A stretch of 64,000 nucleotides of DNA from Gammaproteobacteria bacterium (GCA_040007735.1 JBDTUL010000001.1:3933-67932); one strand, 5' to 3'; positions 27,148 through 36,436 are shown, counted from the stretch's first letter. Program-made: numbers and translations. Notes: a model not told the origin generated them from the letters alone.

Positions 27148-28128
27148 ACATTCCGCCTTCGGCGCATCCTCGTCGCCATCCGCGACGAGCGTCATACATC
27201 CCGAACCCAGCTGCGCAAGGCTGCTGCCTTGGCGCGAGCGAGCGGCGCTCGGGTCGAGTTGTTTCACGCAATTAACGAGCCGCAAGCACTCGACTCACTT
27301 CGACGGGGGTCAGTTGCCGGCGAACCGGTGCGTGAAATCGTCGGCCGGTTAGCTTCGCAGTCCGAGAAACGCCTCGCGCGCCTCACGGCGCTGAAGGATT
27401 TTCGGGGACTGAAAGTGACCTGCTCGGCAAGCTGGGACTTCCCCCCGCACGAAGCGATTATTCGCCGCGCTCTGGCGACGAAGGCAGACCTGGTGGTGGC
27501 CTGCACCCAGCACAAGGGCGTCGCTGCTCGACTTCTGCTCGCCAATACGGACTGGGAGCTGATCCGCCACTGCCCGTGCCCAGTACTGGTCGTCAAAACC
27601 TCGCGTGCATGGAATAAACCTGCGGTGATCGCCGCAATCGATCCGTTTCATGCGCACGACAAGCCCGCGGCGCTCGATCGTCGTATTCTCGAGGCAGGAC
27701 GCTACCTTGTGCGCGAGCTGCAGGGGTGCTTGCATGCCTTCCATGCATACATGCCCATGGTGCTGGTCGCACCCGCACCGGCCGGTCACGCACTCGCGAT
27801 CAACGCGTCACCCGAGCTCGAGGAGATACACACCGAGCAGGTAACGAAGGCTTTTGAGCGCGTCGTCACGCGCTTCGGCGTTGCACCGAGACGGCAGCAC
27901 CTTCACATGGGCATCGTGCACGATGAACTGGCCGCCGCGATTCGAGACGTGGATGGCAGAATTGTCGTCCTGGGTGCCGTGTCACGCTCGGCGATCCGGC
28001 GGTTCCTCATTGGCAGCACGGCAGAGCGCATGCTCGATCGGCTGGAATGCGACTTCCTGATCGTGAAGCCTCCCTCCTTTCGCTCTCGGGTTCCCCGTAG
28101 AGCTTCGCTCGCCTGGCTCGAGGGTTAA
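27145..28128 (+). CDS. tandem universal stress protein, family 2
   Basis: 327 aa. RILVAIRDE...ELFHAI...WDFPPHEAIIRRA...TDWELIRHCPCPVLVVK...VVLGAVSRSAIRRFLIGSTAERMLDRLECDFLIVKP. Confidence 0.85.
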   Translation: MTFRLRRILVAIRDERHTSRTQLRKAAALARASGARVELFHAINEPQALDSLRRGSVAGEPVREIVGRLASQSEKRLARLTALKDFRGLKVTCSASWDFPPHEAIIRRALATKADLVVACTQHKGVAARLLLANTDWELIRHCPCPVLVVKTSRAWNKPAVIAAIDPFHAHDKPAALDRRILEAGRYLVRELQGCLHAFHAYMPMVLVAPAPAGHALAINASPELEEIHTEQVTKAFERVVTRFGVAPRRQHLHMGIVHDELAAAIRDVDGRIVVLGAVSRSAIRRFLIGSTAERMLDRLECDFLIVKPPSFRSRVPRRASLAWLEG

Positions 28129-28132
28129 ACGG

Positions 28133-28531
28133 TCAATTCAACCACGCGAGCACTCCAAGAGGGTTATGCGTGCGCGCGATTGACACTATCCAGCCGTAGA
28201 CCAGGCACGCTGCAATCGTGCAGATGAGGCGAGAGCGCCGTGTGGGAGCGCGCTTGAGTCCGAAGCTTGCCAGGACGATATAGAGAACGACGAGGGGCAC
28301 TTTCGCCGTGAGCCAGGAGTTCACGAACGGAAACTGGTGTAGCACCGTCATCAGCATGAGCGCCGCCGTCAGCAGCACTGTGTCGACCGTGTAACTGAGA
28401 TAGCGAATCGGCGCGGCCATCGCCCACAGTTGCCTTCCCTGCACCGCCAGGGCGCGTAACAAGAACAACCCGCCGCTCGACACGACGGCAATGACGTGGA
28501 CCAGCTTGATCTGCGGGTAGAACTCGATCAC
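28133..28531 (-). CDS. SirB2/YchQ-like 4-TM membrane protein
   Basis: 132 aa with four hydrophobic helices. Recalled resemblance to the SirB2 family. Moderate certainty only. Confidence 0.55.
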   Translation of the reverse strand: MIEFYPQIKLVHVIAVVSSGGLFLLRALAVQGRQLWAMAAPIRYLSYTVDTVLLTAALMLMTVLHQFPFVNSWLTAKVPLVVLYIVLASFGLKRAPTRRSRLICTIAACLVYGWIVSIARTHNPLGVLAWLN

Positions 28532-28583
28532 GAGCTACCTGGGAAAAATGCCTCGGCAGCGCGTGCGCCGACATTCACCGGCG

Positions 28584-28985
28584 TCAGCTCGCGCGCTGCG
28601 GATGCATTCGATCCTCCACCTTGAAGAACTTCCGCGCGTGCGCCACGATTTCTCCGTCAGTCGGATGATCGAGCGTTTCCACCGCCAGGATACGCGCTCT
28701 AAGTTTTTGATCATGGTGTTCAATGTGCTTGATGAGTTCGTGCTTCGCGTTTGCTGGCCCGACGACGAGCACTTCACCGGCGCCGGCGATGGCCGACACG
28801 ACCCGGTGAAAGAATGGCTGATCTTCTGTCGCGTGACCGCTTCCGATTGAATTCGCCTTGTGGTGAAGATGCAGTGTCGGATTCGTGGCCGACACCAACA
28901 CCCTCGCGAAACCCTCGGCATTCAAGTGGAAAACACGGGCCTCGTGATGATCGATCCACACCGCAGAGTGATAGTGCTGAGTCAC
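28584..28985 (-). CDS. small conserved protein of the eRF1-like type often annotated as translational machinery protein (tentative)
   Basis: 133 aa. MTQHYHSAVWIDHHEARVFHL...HLHHKA...VLVVGPANAKHELIKHIEHH...LDHPTDGEIVAHARKFF resembles a recalled ~130-aa family seen in Burkholderia and Cupriavidus. Not verified. Confidence 0.4.
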   Translation of the reverse strand: MTQHYHSAVWIDHHEARVFHLNAEGFARVLVSATNPTLHLHHKANSIGSGHATEDQPFFHRVVSAIAGAGEVLVVGPANAKHELIKHIEHHDQKLRARILAVETLDHPTDGEIVAHARKFFKVEDRMHPQRAS

Positions 28986-29183
28986 AGATTTACTCCAGAT
29001 TTGAACGGCGTCGGAGCGCGGGCCGCGAACCGGCGCCAGAAGCAGCGTCGAGTATCAGGTGAATGTTCACACGAACACCCCCATGCGCCGTGAGGAACAG
29101 TCACGGGTGGTTTACGCATTCCTGCGTATGCCCCGCCGCTCGGGTGATTGCCGCCACGGATTGAACGACATACTTGGAATGCC

Positions 29184-29543
29184 TCAGGAATTCGCCTGAG
29201 CCGCGCAGCTCTGACACTCTCGAGCGTACGCCACGGCCGCGAGTCGCTGCGTGCTGATGGGGCCAGCGCATGTCTCGCAAACGCCGTAACTCCCCTCGTC
29301 CACGCGGCGCAACGCCATCGCGATCTGTGTCAATTCGACGCTCGTCGCGACCGCCAGATTATCTACAACCTCATCGTTCTCCCGCTGAATTGCACGGTCG
29401 GGAGCATCGGCGCTCAACGGAGCGTCAACCCTCCTGCTGTCAGCCAGCAATCGATCACGGCGGCTCTCGAGCTCGCGCTGCCGCCGCAGAAGATGCATAC
29501 GAGCTTCATCTACTTCCAAGTTACTGACCTTAGCTGGATTCAT
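29184..29543 (-). CDS. DksA/TraR-family C4 zinc-finger protein
   Basis: ORF trimmed to ATG 29543 (119 aa). Coiled-coil N-terminus and C-terminal CETC-x17-CQSC. Confidence 0.75.
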   Translation of the reverse strand: MNPAKVSNLEVDEARMHLLRRQRELESRRDRLLADSRRVDAPLSADAPDRAIQRENDEVVDNLAVATSVELTQIAMALRRVDEGSYGVCETCAGPISTQRLAAVAYARECQSCAAQANS

Positions 29544-29701
29544 GTTCCTCACCTCGCCGTTGATTGCATAGTGCAGTAGCTGTGCACATCTGAACACTGA
29601 GATTTTTCGGCCTGCGCTACGCAGTTCTCCCGGTAGAAATGTCGACCCGCGTACGCGGTACGCACTTTTGGGCGTAACTTCGCGTTAGTTCCGCTAGAAG
29701 A

Positions 29702-29721
29702 CTAAGGACTCTTTCGTATGT
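29702..29721 (+). promoter_or_regulatory. island box, short form CTAAGGACTCTTTCGTATGT
   Basis: 59 nt upstream of ATG 29780. Preceded by GTTAGTTCCGC (29684..29694), which resembles the AGTT(T)CC core. Confidence 0.55.
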
Positions 29722-29779
29722 GCTGAATTGACCGGCGTGCAATCATTTTGTGCGCATCCTCACGAGCGAGAACACGGTC

Positions 29780-30520
29780 ATGAACACCAGAAAGCGCTGC
29801 GGAACCGAGCGGATTCGCCATGCGGGACCACTTGCGGCGTTAGCTCTGTGCGCCATCTTGCCTGTGCACGCCGCTGCAGACCGCGGCCTCAACGAGGGCG
29901 ATGAAGCGCGACGCGAGCTCATTGAGGCGGCCCGCCTGGTACCCAATACCCGACACGGCGCGGAGCTATTCGAGACCTGTGCCGCCTGCCATGGCCGCGA
30001 CGGATTGGGCGCTTCCGACGGAAGCGTCCCCGCCATCGCCGGGCAGCACGGCTCGGTTTTGCTGAAGCAGCTCGTAGATTTCCGTCATAACCGGCGCTGG
30101 GACGAGCGAATGCAGCATTTCAGCGATCGGCATCATCTCGCGAGTGCGCAGGAGCTCACTGATGTCACCGCCTACGTTTCCGGTCTGCGGCGTTTCGCGC
30201 CCCGAAGTAACGCGACTGGAACCGGCGAATACCTGCACCAGGGGACCAGCGTCTATTTCCGTGTGTGCGAAGCGTGTCACCGCCCATTGGGACAGGGAGA
30301 CTTACTGCATTTTCGGCCACGGCTGGCCGGCCAGCACTATCAGTATCTTCTCAAGCAGCTGAACGACATGGCATCGGGCAATCGGCAGGCAGTACATCCC
30401 GCACATGTCGAGCGGCTCCGCATATTGAGTCCAGAGGATCTCATGGGTGTCGCGGACTACCTTTCGCGCCTGAGCCCTGAGCTTTCCTCTGACAGCGTGA
30501 TACAGGCGAGTCGCCCATGA
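29780..30520 (+). CDS. diheme c-type cytochrome
   Basis: ORF 29750..30520 with the likely start at ATG 29780, giving signal peptide MNTRKRC...LCAILPVHAAA. Two CxxCH motifs (CAACH, CEACH). Confidence 0.8.
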   Translation: MNTRKRCGTERIRHAGPLAALALCAILPVHAAADRGLNEGDEARRELIEAARLVPNTRHGAELFETCAACHGRDGLGASDGSVPAIAGQHGSVLLKQLVDFRHNRRWDERMQHFSDRHHLASAQELTDVTAYVSGLRRFAPRSNATGTGEYLHQGTSVYFRVCEACHRPLGQGDLLHFRPRLAGQHYQYLLKQLNDMASGNRQAVHPAHVERLRILSPEDLMGVADYLSRLSPELSSDSVIQASRP

Positions 30521-31365
30521 CCTCGGCCGCCGACCGCGTTCGAGCCATTCTCGAGAGTCCATCCTATCGACTCGCAGAGGACGACACGGCATTCATGGAA
30601 AGTGCTGCGGCTCGCGCTTCGCGTCTGTCACTGGAATTCATGCGTGCGGATATGTATCTGCGCGAGCACAAGATCAATTCGACTGTCGTGGTGTTCGGCG
30701 GAACCAGAATCAGAGATCCCGAGATTGCGGAAGCCGCTCTCAGAGCCGTCGAAACAGGAAGCTTCCCAGATGGCACGCGACTCGCGACGGCGAAGCGGGA
30801 TCTGCGAATGAGCCGCTACTACACAGAAGCACGGCAGTTCTCGAACAGCCTGTCACACCGGGTGCGAAGGAATGACGGTCACCACCTGGTCGTGGTGACC
30901 GGGGGTGGCCCGGGCATCATGGAAGCCGCGAATCGCGGTGCATTCGAAGCTGGCGCGCCCAGCGTCGGGTTCAATATCCGGCTTCCGTCGGAACAGCCGC
31001 CCAATCCCTACATCTCTCCCCATCTCGCGCTCCGGTTTCACTACTTCGCGCTGCGCAAGATGCATTTCCTGCTTCGCGCCCGCGCGCTGGTCGCGTTCCC
31101 CGGCGGGTACGGGACGCTTGACGAACTATTTGAAGCGCTGAACCTGATCCAGACCCATGAGATGAGGCCGATTCCAATCGTGCTCGTTGGCGGAGAATTC
31201 TGGCGACGCGCGATCGATTTCGCCTACCTCGTCGATGAAGGCTGCATCGATGAGGCCGACCGGGGGCTGGTTCGCATCGTAGAGACTGGCGAAGCGGCCG
31301 CTGACGTGGTTCTCGCGCTGCATACGGCTCCATCTCCGACCGCAACCCAGGAAACAGTTTCATAG
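30517..31365 (+). CDS. LOG / TIGR00730-type (PpnN/YgdH-like) nucleotide nucleosidase family protein
   Basis: VVTGGGPGIMEAANRGA and PGGYGTLDELFE motifs. The ATG overlaps the cytochrome c stop (ATGA). Confidence 0.8.
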   Translation: MTSAADRVRAILESPSYRLAEDDTAFMESAAARASRLSLEFMRADMYLREHKINSTVVVFGGTRIRDPEIAEAALRAVETGSFPDGTRLATAKRDLRMSRYYTEARQFSNSLSHRVRRNDGHHLVVVTGGGPGIMEAANRGAFEAGAPSVGFNIRLPSEQPPNPYISPHLALRFHYFALRKMHFLLRARALVAFPGGYGTLDELFEALNLIQTHEMRPIPIVLVGGEFWRRAIDFAYLVDEGCIDEADRGLVRIVETGEAAADVVLALHTAPSPTATQETVS

Positions 31366-31378
31366 AGGAGCTCACGCA

Positions 31379-32365
31379 ATGAGCGCGATTAGAAGCATTC
31401 TGGTTGCCGTGAAAGACGCGGATACGAAGCAGCTGCCGGTAGTTGCCAAAGCCGCGCAATTAGCCCGGTGCTTCGGCGCCTCCCTCGAGCTCTTCCACGC
31501 CATCTCGGAACCTGTTTACGCGGGCTTCCAGCTGACGGAGCAGTCGCTGCAGGAATTGAAGTCCACTCGGGTCGCGCAACACCTGATTCGCCTCGAAGGG
31601 CTCGCAGCGCAGTTTCGCGGGCCGGAGGTGCGAATCTCCACCTCAGCGGCTTGGGACTTCCCCGCGCACGAATCGATAGTGCGCCGAGCTATTGAGGTCA
31701 AGGCGGATCTCATTGTGGCGGCTTGCCACGATGGCAGACGCCTCACCCCGTGGCTGATGCATCTCACGGACTGGGAGCTGCTTCGAACCAGCCCGATGCC
31801 TGTGCTGCTCGTTCGCACCGAAGAGCCGTACGAGCGGCCGATCGTGCTGGCCGCCGTCGACCCGCGACATGCGCATGCCAAACCGTCGAGCCTGGACTTG
31901 GTGGTGCTCGACACGGCCTCGCACATCACGCGTGCGCTGTCGGGGTCCCTGCATGCGATGCATGCTTACTTTCCCGTGCCGCTAGATGTTCCAGCCTCCG
32001 ACATTCTCACGGACGAGCAGGCTGGCCGGCTTTACACGAAGATCGAGAAGCGTGCGCGATCCGCCTTCGAAAAGTGCGCCGCCCGCGCTCACATCCCTCG
32101 TGCTCGCCGGCATCTCGTCAAGAAGAATCCGGTCATCGCGATTCCAGAAGTTGCGAAGGAAGTGGGTACCGACATTCTAGTCATGGGCGCCGTCTCCCGG
32201 TCGGGTCTCAAGCGAATTTTTATCGGTAACACGGCGGAGCGCGTGCTGGGACACGTTCGGTGTGACGTGCTGGTGGTCAAGCCACGGCGATTTGCGAGAC
32301 GGATTGTAAAGGGACAGCGCGGTGTGCGGCTCGTGGCGCAACAGTTGCCGTCGGTTTACTTCTGA
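31379..32365 (+). CDS. tandem universal stress protein, family 2
   Basis: 328 aa. MSAIRSILVAVKD...ELFHAI...WDFPAHESIVRRA...LTDWELLRTSPMPVLLVR...LVMGAVSRSGLKRIFIGNTAERVL...DVLVVKP. Confidence 0.85.
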   Translation: MSAIRSILVAVKDADTKQLPVVAKAAQLARCFGASLELFHAISEPVYAGFQLTEQSLQELKSTRVAQHLIRLEGLAAQFRGPEVRISTSAAWDFPAHESIVRRAIEVKADLIVAACHDGRRLTPWLMHLTDWELLRTSPMPVLLVRTEEPYERPIVLAAVDPRHAHAKPSSLDLVVLDTASHITRALSGSLHAMHAYFPVPLDVPASDILTDEQAGRLYTKIEKRARSAFEKCAARAHIPRARRHLVKKNPVIAIPEVAKEVGTDILVMGAVSRSGLKRIFIGNTAERVLGHVRCDVLVVKPRRFARRIVKGQRGVRLVAQQLPSVYF

Positions 32366-32397
32366 TCTGTCATTTGCGCAGGCCTTAGGGAAGTCCC

Positions 32398-32844
32398 ATG
32401 CAAGAAACCGCATCGACCGTTTTCATTGTCGATGACGACTACGGCGTGAGATCGTCCATCCGAGTACTCATGAAATCGGTTGGTCTTCCCGCCACACCTT
32501 ACGCGTCGGCAAGAGAGTTCCTGGATGTATACCACCCGAGCCAGCCCGGCTGCGTGGTACTCGATATCCGTATGCCCGGCATGAGCGGGCTCGAGCTGCT
32601 GCAGGCGCTCAATGAGAAAGGCGCGGTAATACCCGTCATCTTCATCACCGGCCACGGCGACATCCCGATGGCCGTCGAGGCCATGCGTCTCGGCGCATTC
32701 GACTTCCTGCAGAAGCCGTTCCGGGACCAGGATCTGATCGACCGGATCCAACAGTCCCTGGCCCGCGACGCAGAGACGCGGGAAGAACTTCAGGAGCACG
32801 GACCCGATCCGGGCCGTTGGCCGCGAGACAACAGTGCTGGCTGA
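32398..32844 (+). CDS. receiver-only paralog of FixJ (LuxR HTH missing)
   Basis: The first ~125 aa are about 80% identical by eye to FixJ 22043..22669 (VDDD.GVRSSIRVLMKSVGLPA...IRMPGMSGLEL...VIPVIFITGHGDIPMAVEAMR.GAFDFLQKPFRDQDL). After ...ELQEHG it reads 13 unrelated residues and stops. 32845..33050 is non-coding. Confidence 0.75.
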   Translation: MQETASTVFIVDDDYGVRSSIRVLMKSVGLPATPYASAREFLDVYHPSQPGCVVLDIRMPGMSGLELLQALNEKGAVIPVIFITGHGDIPMAVEAMRLGAFDFLQKPFRDQDLIDRIQQSLARDAETREELQEHGPDPGRWPRDNSAG

Positions 32845-33050
32845 CGAAGGCTGTCGTACTGCGCTACGTCATTGCCAACTACCTACGAGCCGGGCGCCGC
32901 GGTCTGCACAACCGGCATAAAAGCTGCAACGCACTGCCCGCGCGTCGGTGCAGAGTCGACGCCGCCGCTCGCATGCATACGCAGTATTGGGCGCTCTCGT
33001 TACCTTGACCGATCAGGCGCCCGCATGACCTGCGATACGGCTCCGATAGC

Positions 33051-34637
33051 TTAGGGTGCACTTCGGTGCAACTTCAGCATGCCTTCGACCTCGTCGACGA
33101 TGCTTTCGCGCGTGGTATCCGCGTCGATGACTTCCAGATCCTCGCCGGGTTTGATCGCCTCGACGCTTGCCTGCTGATGTTCGAGCACGGCGAGAGTCGC
33201 CTCCGAGGCATCGTGCGCTTTCCGCGCACGATCGAAAATGCGAGTCCGCAGCACCTCGAAAGGGGCGCGACAGCGCACCAGCACCAGCGGCACATGCAGG
33301 TCGGCTGCGAGCTTGATGAAAAGTGCACGATCAGCTCGACGCTGAAAGGTGGCGTCCACTATGGCGCAGAACCCTCCCGCCAGAATGTCTGATGCGCAAC
33401 GAGCAAGCCTTCGGTAGGTGTGGTCGTTCGCTCCCTGTGCGTAAAGCCCCTGATCGATGCCCGAATGCGAAGAGTGAGACGCAACAAGCCCCGCCAGCCT
33501 CTTGCGCTCGACATCCGAGCGGACGTGAATCGCACTGAACCTGCCTGCCACGCGCTGCGCGAGCCACGTCTTTCCCGAACCGGACAGGCCACTCATGAGG
33601 ACGAGCGTGGGCCGGTGGGGCGCAAGAAGATTTCGCGCACAGTCGAGGTATTCCCGATGATCCGATACAAAGCGATCGCACCCGTTAGGCCCAGCCGCGG
33701 TCGCGCCTTCAACTTCGAGCGCGGCCACTTTTGCGCGCACTAGCGCACGATGCGCTCCATACAGTCGCAGCAGGCGCACCGCCTCGTAGTCGCCACCCTC
33801 GCCCAGATAGCCATTGACGAACGCATTCGCATGCACGCTCGCGCCGCGACGGCACAGGTCCATGAAGAGGAAGGCGATCTCCTCAGCGACATCGATCCAG
33901 CGGAACGCGGGCTCGAACTCCAAGCCATCGAAGGCAAGGAGGCGTCCGGCGCTTCTCACCACGTTGCAGCAGTGCAGATCGCCATGGCATTCCCTGACAC
34001 GCCCACTCGCGTGCCGCGCATCGATAAAGGCCGCACATGCCTCGAGCCGCTTGTGCATGGACTGAGTGAGTTCCCGGCTGTCGATGTGCAATCCAGCGCG
34101 TCTGGAGAGGCTCCCCACTTGCTCGAGATTCTGGCGTAAAGCCTCTGTGACCGAGACGAGGGTGCCATAATGTGAGCCGGTTTCGGCGGGCGGTAAGCGC
34201 TCGTGGAGCCTTGCAAGATGCTCTCCAAACTGCGAAAGCTCGCTTGGCTCGACGCGAGCCTCGGCGACCAGCCGATCGAGCTCTTCACGCGTGTCGAACT
34301 GACACATGCGCACTGCATGCTCGATGATGTCGCCAGTACCACCTATTCGTGCATTCCGACCGTCACTAGTGATCGGCACGACATCCAGATAGAGGTCCGG
34401 CGCGAAGCGCCGATTGAGCCGCAGCTCTTCACGACAAAAAAACAGGCGCTGCTCGGCCGAGCGCATATCGATGAACGGGTAGCACACCGGGCGCTTGATC
34501 TTGTATGCGAATGCTCCCGCCAGACAGACCCACGAGATGTGTGTTTCGATGAGCCGCACCCGATCTACCGGATGCGGATAGGCATCCGGCTCCATCAGGA
34601 AAGAAAGGTTTGCGGGAAGGCCGCTCAACCCCGTCAC
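33051..34637 (-). CDS. bifunctional APH-like phosphotransferase / P-loop (AAA_33-type) kinase fusion protein
   Basis: 528 aa. The N-terminal two thirds are protein-kinase/APH-like (HGDLHCCNV...). The C-terminal domain carries Walker A LMSGLSGSGKTWLA. Confidence 0.7.
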   Translation of the reverse strand: MTGLSGLPANLSFLMEPDAYPHPVDRVRLIETHISWVCLAGAFAYKIKRPVCYPFIDMRSAEQRLFFCREELRLNRRFAPDLYLDVVPITSDGRNARIGGTGDIIEHAVRMCQFDTREELDRLVAEARVEPSELSQFGEHLARLHERLPPAETGSHYGTLVSVTEALRQNLEQVGSLSRRAGLHIDSRELTQSMHKRLEACAAFIDARHASGRVRECHGDLHCCNVVRSAGRLLAFDGLEFEPAFRWIDVAEEIAFLFMDLCRRGASVHANAFVNGYLGEGGDYEAVRLLRLYGAHRALVRAKVAALEVEGATAAGPNGCDRFVSDHREYLDCARNLLAPHRPTLVLMSGLSGSGKTWLAQRVAGRFSAIHVRSDVERKRLAGLVASHSSHSGIDQGLYAQGANDHTYRRLARCASDILAGGFCAIVDATFQRRADRALFIKLAADLHVPLVLVRCRAPFEVLRTRIFDRARKAHDASEATLAVLEHQQASVEAIKPGEDLEVIDADTTRESIVDEVEGMLKLHRSAP

Positions 34638-35236
34638 CCAGGCGTTGCGGAAACGGCCAGCGCTGCGGGAGGATCGGACCGGACCGCGACACGGACGGCC
34701 GCGAGCCGATCATACAAGCGCCGCTTGCGCACGAGAGGCACCCATTCGTAGGCCAGCATCTCGGTGGGTCGCCACAGCGCAATCCACCCCAGAATGATGA
34801 GGCCCTCATCCAGCGCCTGAGGAAGCCCCGCGACGAACCGAAGCAGCAGCTCGCGCGCCGTCATGCAAATCGCGAACGCGATGATGCCGACTATCAGGGC
34901 GATGTGTCCCATGCGGCGATGCTCGAAGAGCTCGCGACGAGCGGCGGCCGCCATCCGGCCGTAGTAGTTTTCGACTGCCGTCTGCAGATCGCTAGCAAGT
35001 GCAGCGTCACCATGGGTATGCACGTGGAGGTGCCAGGCCGTTGCAGATCGTTTGTCACTGAACTCATCCTCGATAAACGCGGCAGCGTTTTGATCGAGGT
35101 CCCGATCCCAGAACGGCGACGGGTCGAGCGAGCTGAGCATCTGCGAAAGGTCCCGCACGTGAATGCTGACGGACGCTGTGCTGTGAGGGTGCGCCTTCAT
35201 CATAGGATGGTCGGCTACTTTCGTCCCTCGCGCCAT
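34634..35236 (-). CDS. hypothetical membrane protein (2-3 TM) co-transcribed with the kinase fusion
   Basis: 200-aa ORF whose stop overlaps the downstream start by 4 nt. Soluble N-terminal half, hydrophobic C-terminal half. No family recognised. Confidence 0.5.
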   Translation of the reverse strand: MARGTKVADHPMMKAHPHSTASVSIHVRDLSQMLSSLDPSPFWDRDLDQNAAAFIEDEFSDKRSATAWHLHVHTHGDAALASDLQTAVENYYGRMAAAARRELFEHRRMGHIALIVGIIAFAICMTARELLLRFVAGLPQALDEGLIILGWIALWRPTEMLAYEWVPLVRKRRLYDRLAAVRVAVRSDPPAALAVSATPG

Positions 35237-35256
35237 ACGACGAATCGCGAGAGCCG

Positions 35257-35276
35257 CTAAGGAGTCTTTCGTATGT
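35257..35276 (+). promoter_or_regulatory. island box, short form CTAAGGAGTCTTTCGTATGT
   Basis: 62 nt upstream of USP ATG 35338, in the divergent intergenic region shared with the operon starting at 35236. Confidence 0.55.
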
Positions 35277-35337
35277 TCGCCGTGCTGGCCGGGTGAAAGG
35301 ATGTGCGTGAATTCAAAATCAGCGTGGGAGCCTCTTC

Positions 35338-36327
35338 ATGCCAGCCATTCGCACGATCCTCGTGGCCATAAAAAACCCGGATTCGAAGTCGCACCCCTCG
35401 ATCGCCAAGGCGGCACAGCTTGCGAAAGGGTTCGGCGCGAAGCTCGTCCTGTTTCATGCCATCACCGACCTCGTAACAACGGACTCATACCTGTTTGCGG
35501 ACGATTTGGTAAACCGGCTGCGCCGGGACAGGATGGCCGACTACCAGAGACGGCTCGAGGCCATCGCCGCGCCTCTGCGGGAACAAAAGCTAGATGTCAG
35601 GGTTTGTGCGGCCTGGGATTTCCCCGCCCACGAGGCGATCGTCCGGCACGCCCGCAAGCACAAGGCCGATCTCATCGTCGCCGAATGTCATGTGGGCCGG
35701 CGGCTCGCGCCATGGCTGCTGCATCTCACCGATTGGGAGCTGTTGCGCACGAGCCCGGTGCCCGTGCTGCTCGTCAAGGGCGGCGCAGCCTGGGAAGACG
35801 TGAAGGTGCTTGCGGCGATCGATCCGTCACATCAGTTCGCCAAACCCGCGAAGCTCGATTCGCGCATCCTGGCCGCCGCTGACACATTCACCACCGCCCT
35901 GAAGGGCACGCTGCACGTCGCGCACTCCTACGTCGCCGTGCCAGCGGGCGCCGTGCCTATGATGGGCGCCAGCGGGCTGCTCGTCAGCGAGATCATTCAG
36001 GGCACGGAGGCGCGCGCCAGGCAAAACCTCAAAGCAGCCGTGGCAGGGTCCAGAATCCCGCGCAGTCGCCAGCATCTGGTCCAGGGCGTTCCGTTGGAGG
36101 CGATCCCGCGCCTGGCACAAAAGTTGGGCTGTGGGCTCATCGTCATGGGCGCCCTCTCGCGCTCCGGCCTGAAACGCGTGCTCATCGGAAACACTGCCGA
36201 ACGGATTCTCAATCTGCTAACCGCCGACGTCCTCGTCGTGAAGCCTCTCGAGTTCAAGACGCGCGTCATGAAGCGCGGTCGCGGAGTGCATCTCATCGCC
36301 TCTCCTGCCGCCGCAATCGGGGCGTGA
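35338..36327 (+). CDS. tandem universal stress protein, family 2
   Basis: 329 aa. MPAIRTILVAIKN...VLFHAI...WDFPAHEAIVRHA...LTDWELLRTSPVPVLLVK...IVMGALSRSGLKRVLIGNTAERIL...DVLVVKP. Confidence 0.85.
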   Translation: MPAIRTILVAIKNPDSKSHPSIAKAAQLAKGFGAKLVLFHAITDLVTTDSYLFADDLVNRLRRDRMADYQRRLEAIAAPLREQKLDVRVCAAWDFPAHEAIVRHARKHKADLIVAECHVGRRLAPWLLHLTDWELLRTSPVPVLLVKGGAAWEDVKVLAAIDPSHQFAKPAKLDSRILAAADTFTTALKGTLHVAHSYVAVPAGAVPMMGASGLLVSEIIQGTEARARQNLKAAVAGSRIPRSRQHLVQGVPLEAIPRLAQKLGCGLIVMGALSRSGLKRVLIGNTAERILNLLTADVLVVKPLEFKTRVMKRGRGVHLIASPAAAIGA

Positions 36328-36436
36328 CACTCGGGCCGAAGTCGAAGTAGCGCGTTGCTGCTGACCGAGGCGACAATGACAGAGAAGCTGGAAATGTCGG
36401 GCGCGGAGATGTAAGTCCCCGCTCCCGCGAGACCGA

